Notes under the pieces: generated by a model
The model's input: only the letters and a program-made list of their open reading frames with translations
Told to the model about the DNA's origin: nothing
Database searches by the model: none
Source of the DNA: an uncultured Gemmatimonadales bacterium
Lineage (GTDB): Bacteria > Gemmatimonadota > Gemmatimonadetes > Longimicrobiales > Longimicrobiaceae
DNA: 64,000 bases
Assembly: GCA_963716255.1 (NCBI GenBank)
Contig: OY970303.1
Span: 1,152,001-1,216,000, forward strand
Direction of reading: 5' to 3'
Part shown: piece by piece, positions 61,572 to 64,000 of the stretch
Layout of the letters: each line of letters starts with the position of its first letter
How positions within the stretch are numbered: position 1 is the first letter of the stretch
Position numbers and translations under genes: made by a program

Positions 61572-64000
61572 TCACTCCGCGACATCATCCCCCTCCACGG
61601 CACGAAGGCGCAGGTGAACGGTGGTCCCCTGCCCCGGCTCCGAGTCCACGGTCACCTCGCCCCCCCACGATTCCACCAACCGCCGCACGATCGCCAGCCC
61701 CAGCCCCGTCCCGCTGCTGCGGGTGGAGAACTGCGGCTCGAACACCCGCGGCAGCAGCTCGGCCGGGATCCCCTCGCCGCTGTCCTCCACGTTGAGCATC
61801 ACCCAGGCGCCGCCCCCGGCCGGCCCGCCGGTGATGCGGATCTCGCCGCCGTCCGGGAGCGCTGCGCGGGCGTTCTCCAGCAGGTTGACGATCACCTCCT
61901 TGAGCTCCCCCACGCGCGACAGGGCCCGCGGCGTCCCGGGCGCCACCTCGACCCGGTAGCCGATGCCGTCGTGCGAGCCGCGGTACAGCGCCAGCGTCTC
62001 CTCGGCCACGAGCTCCAGGCTCACCGCCTCCAGCCCGCCCGCGGCCTGCGCCGGCGCCCCGAAGCGCGCGAAGGCGCGGGCGATCTCCCCCAGCCGGTCG
62101 ATCTCGGCGAGGATGGCGCCCACGTTGCGCTCCAGGATCTGCTCGAAGTCCGGCCGGCCGTCGGCGTGGGCGCGCCGCAGGTGCTGCACGGAAAGCTTGA
62201 TGGGGGTGAGCGGGTTCTTGATCTCGTGCGCCACCTGGCGCGCCATCTCGCCCCAGGCCAGCACCCGCGCAGTGCGCATCTCTGTGGTGACGTCCTCCAG
62301 CACCACCACGGCCCCGGCGATCCCCGTCTCGCCCCTCAGCCGCCGCAGCCGCAGGCGGATGGTGCGCCCCTCGATCTCCAGCTCCTCGCCGTGCTCCACC
62401 TCGCCGGAGCGCCGGAAGTCGCGCAGCGCGCGCGCCACCGCGGCAGCCACCGGGCCGTCCTCCGGCACGGTGCGCCCGGTGTCCACCGGCGTGCCCAGGA
62501 TCTCGGCGGCGCGCGCGTTGATCAGCGCCACCTTCCCCGCGGTGTCCAGAGCGAGCACCCCCGTCCCCGCCTCGGCGACCACCGCCTCGGTGCGGCGGGT
62601 CTCCCGTTCCAGCGCGGCCCGGGTTCGCCGCAGCCGCAGCACCATGCGGTTGAAGGAGCGGTACAGCCCGCCGAACTCGTCGCCACGCGTTTCGCGCAGG
62701 CGGATCCCCAGGTTGCCGGCGCCCACCGCGGCCGCGGCGCTGCTCAGGTCCTCGATGGGGCGCGACAGGGCGCGCCCCACGAAGAACGACAGCACCACGG
62801 ACAGGCCCGCGCCCAGCAGCACCGCCAGAAGCACGGCGTTCCCCAGCTCGCGCTGCCGCCGCGCGATCTCGCCCGAGGCGAGCGGGGTGGGCGCGGCGAG
62901 CACCTGCGCGGGGGAGACGCGCCGGTAGGCCAGCAGGTAGTCGCGCCCGGCCAGCTCGCGCTCCTCCAGGTCGCGCACGGCCTCGCCGCTGCTGAAGAGC
63001 AGGTAGAAGCGGGGCGGCAGCCAGGTGTTGTACAGCCCCAGCTCCAGCACCTCCGGCGACGACGCGCCGGTGAGCACGCCGCTGCGGTACAGCAGCAGGT
63101 CGGCCTGCACGTGCTCGGCCAGCGCGGGGAGCGTCCGCCCCGCGAGCTCCCGGGCGGCCTGCTCCAGCGCGCGCTCCGCCAGGGCGCCGGCGGTGCGCAC
63201 CACCTCGCGCGAGAGCGCCTGGTACGCCGTGGCGCCGAACACGGCCATGGGGAGGAGGAAGAAGGCGAAGAGCGCCAGCGTGAGCCGGCCGCGGAAGGTG
63301 CGCGCCCACACCCACTCCGTGGAGCCCAGCCCCAGCGGCTCGCCGCAGAGCGTGCGCGCCGCCGTCCACAGCACGGCCATGGCGGCCAGCGCGAACACCA
63401 GCACCAGCACCGAGCGCACCCCCAGCAGGAAGGGCGAGGGGGTGCGCACCAGCAGGTGCGCGTGCATGGGCCCGGCGGGGAAGCGCACCCCCGTCTCGCT
63501 GCGCCACCCCTGCGGCGTGTGCAGCCACTGCATGCGCCCGGGCTGCGCCGGGGCGTCCGCGGCCACCGCGGCGGGCACCAGCGACAGCGAGGTGGGACCG
63601 CCCTCGTCCTCCGGCTCGCGCCCGGGGTCCAGGAAGCGCGACAGCGCCCCGGAGCGCCCCAGGTGGGCGCGTGGGGGGACCGCCACCGTCACCGCGCGGC
63701 CCCCGGGGAGCGGCACCAGGAGCAGGTAGTGCACGGCGGGCTGGTCGGCGTAGCGCTCCAGGATGGGCTCCTCGGCGCTGGCGGCGCGCGCCAGCAGCGG
63801 GCCCACCAGCGAGTCCGGGAGCGCCACGTCGGTCAGGCGCAGCTCCGCCGTGGGGCGGACGCCGCTCCACAGGGTGACGCGCGCCTCGTACCCCTCCTTG
63901 GCGAGCCCCGCCCCCACCCAGCTCTGGTACAGCAGCCCCACCCCCACCCGCCCCTCCGCCGCGTTGAGCAGCGCACGCTCCGCGAACTGCCGCAGCAGGA
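61572..64000 (-). CDS. NtrY-like multi-TM sensor histidine kinase with HAMP domain (5' end outside window)
   Basis: HAMP GDEFGGLYRSFNRM, H-box AWGEMARQVAHEIKNPLTP, NLLENA, DSGEGI, GTGLGL. Frame stays open to the window edge. Confidence 0.92.
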   Translation of the reverse strand, partial: LLRQFAERALLNAAEGRVGVGLLYQSWVGAGLAKEGYEARVTLWSGVRPTAELRLTDVALPDSLVGPLLARAASAEEPILERYADQPAVHYLLLVPLPGGRAVTVAVPPRAHLGRSGALSRFLDPGREPEDEGGPTSLSLVPAAVAADAPAQPGRMQWLHTPQGWRSETGVRFPAGPMHAHLLVRTPSPFLLGVRSVLVLVFALAAMAVLWTAARTLCGEPLGLGSTEWVWARTFRGRLTLALFAFFLLPMAVFGATAYQALSREVVRTAGALAERALEQAARELAGRTLPALAEHVQADLLLYRSGVLTGASSPEVLELGLYNTWLPPRFYLLFSSGEAVRDLEERELAGRDYLLAYRRVSPAQVLAAPTPLASGEIARRQRELGNAVLLAVLLGAGLSVVLSFFVGRALSRPIEDLSSAAAAVGAGNLGIRLRETRGDEFGGLYRSFNRMVLRLRRTRAALERETRRTEAVVAEAGTGVLALDTAGKVALINARAAEILGTPVDTGRTVPEDGPVAAAVARALRDFRRSGEVEHGEELEIEGRTIRLRLRRLRGETGIAGAVVVLEDVTTEMRTARVLAWGEMARQVAHEIKNPLTPIKLSVQHLRRAHADGRPDFEQILERNVGAILAEIDRLGEIARAFARFGAPAQAAGGLEAVSLELVAEETLALYRGSHDGIGYRVEVAPGTPRALSRVGELKEVIVNLLENARAALPDGGEIRITGGPAGGGAWVMLNVEDSGEGIPAELLPRVFEPQFSTRSSGTGLGLAIVRRLVESWGGEVTVDSEPGQGTTVHLRLRAVEGDDVAE

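Noticed and set aside
58625..61795. 1056-aa + strand ORF and the 749-aa minus ORF over the permease
   Set aside because: Off-frame or antisense shadows of the ADOP permease.

Overview
Very GC-rich bacterial DNA. The giant NRPS style, PadR+ADOP permease pair and Oar-like receptor suggest Gemmatimonadota/Longimicrobium-like or Acidobacteriota-like origin (inference only). 1-30668 holds two head-to-tail minus-strand NRPS genes: a 6789-aa six-module protein with a PRMT-like methyltransferase inside one A domain, and a second NRPS with at least 3 modules plus a C domain that runs off the window. 31150-38132 holds a two-component system, a small secreted protein and a TonB/Oar-like outer-membrane protein. 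The main finding is a 15,444-bp element (39381-54824) inserted into comM. Its att sites can be read from the sequence (AGGAT core, 19-bp inverted attP arms), and excision restores a 512-aa ComM. It encodes a large serine recombinase, an iteron-rich origin with a perfect 42-bp palindrome, a Prim-Pol/SF3 primase-helicase, its own sigma-70-like factor and an HTH protein. It also has a leftward operon of three P22 gp7/gp20/gp16-like DNA ejection proteins, a coiled-coil protein, a podovirus-type scaffold and an Ig-domain protein, but no recognisable capsid, portal, large terminase or tail gene. It looks like a podovirus satellite that carries its own DNA-ejection machinery. The right end has an HTH gene, SRAP, PadR, an ADOP permease, a partial histidine kinase and intergenic structured repeats with compensatory base changes. 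All family assignments come from motif recognition by eye; no searches were run.
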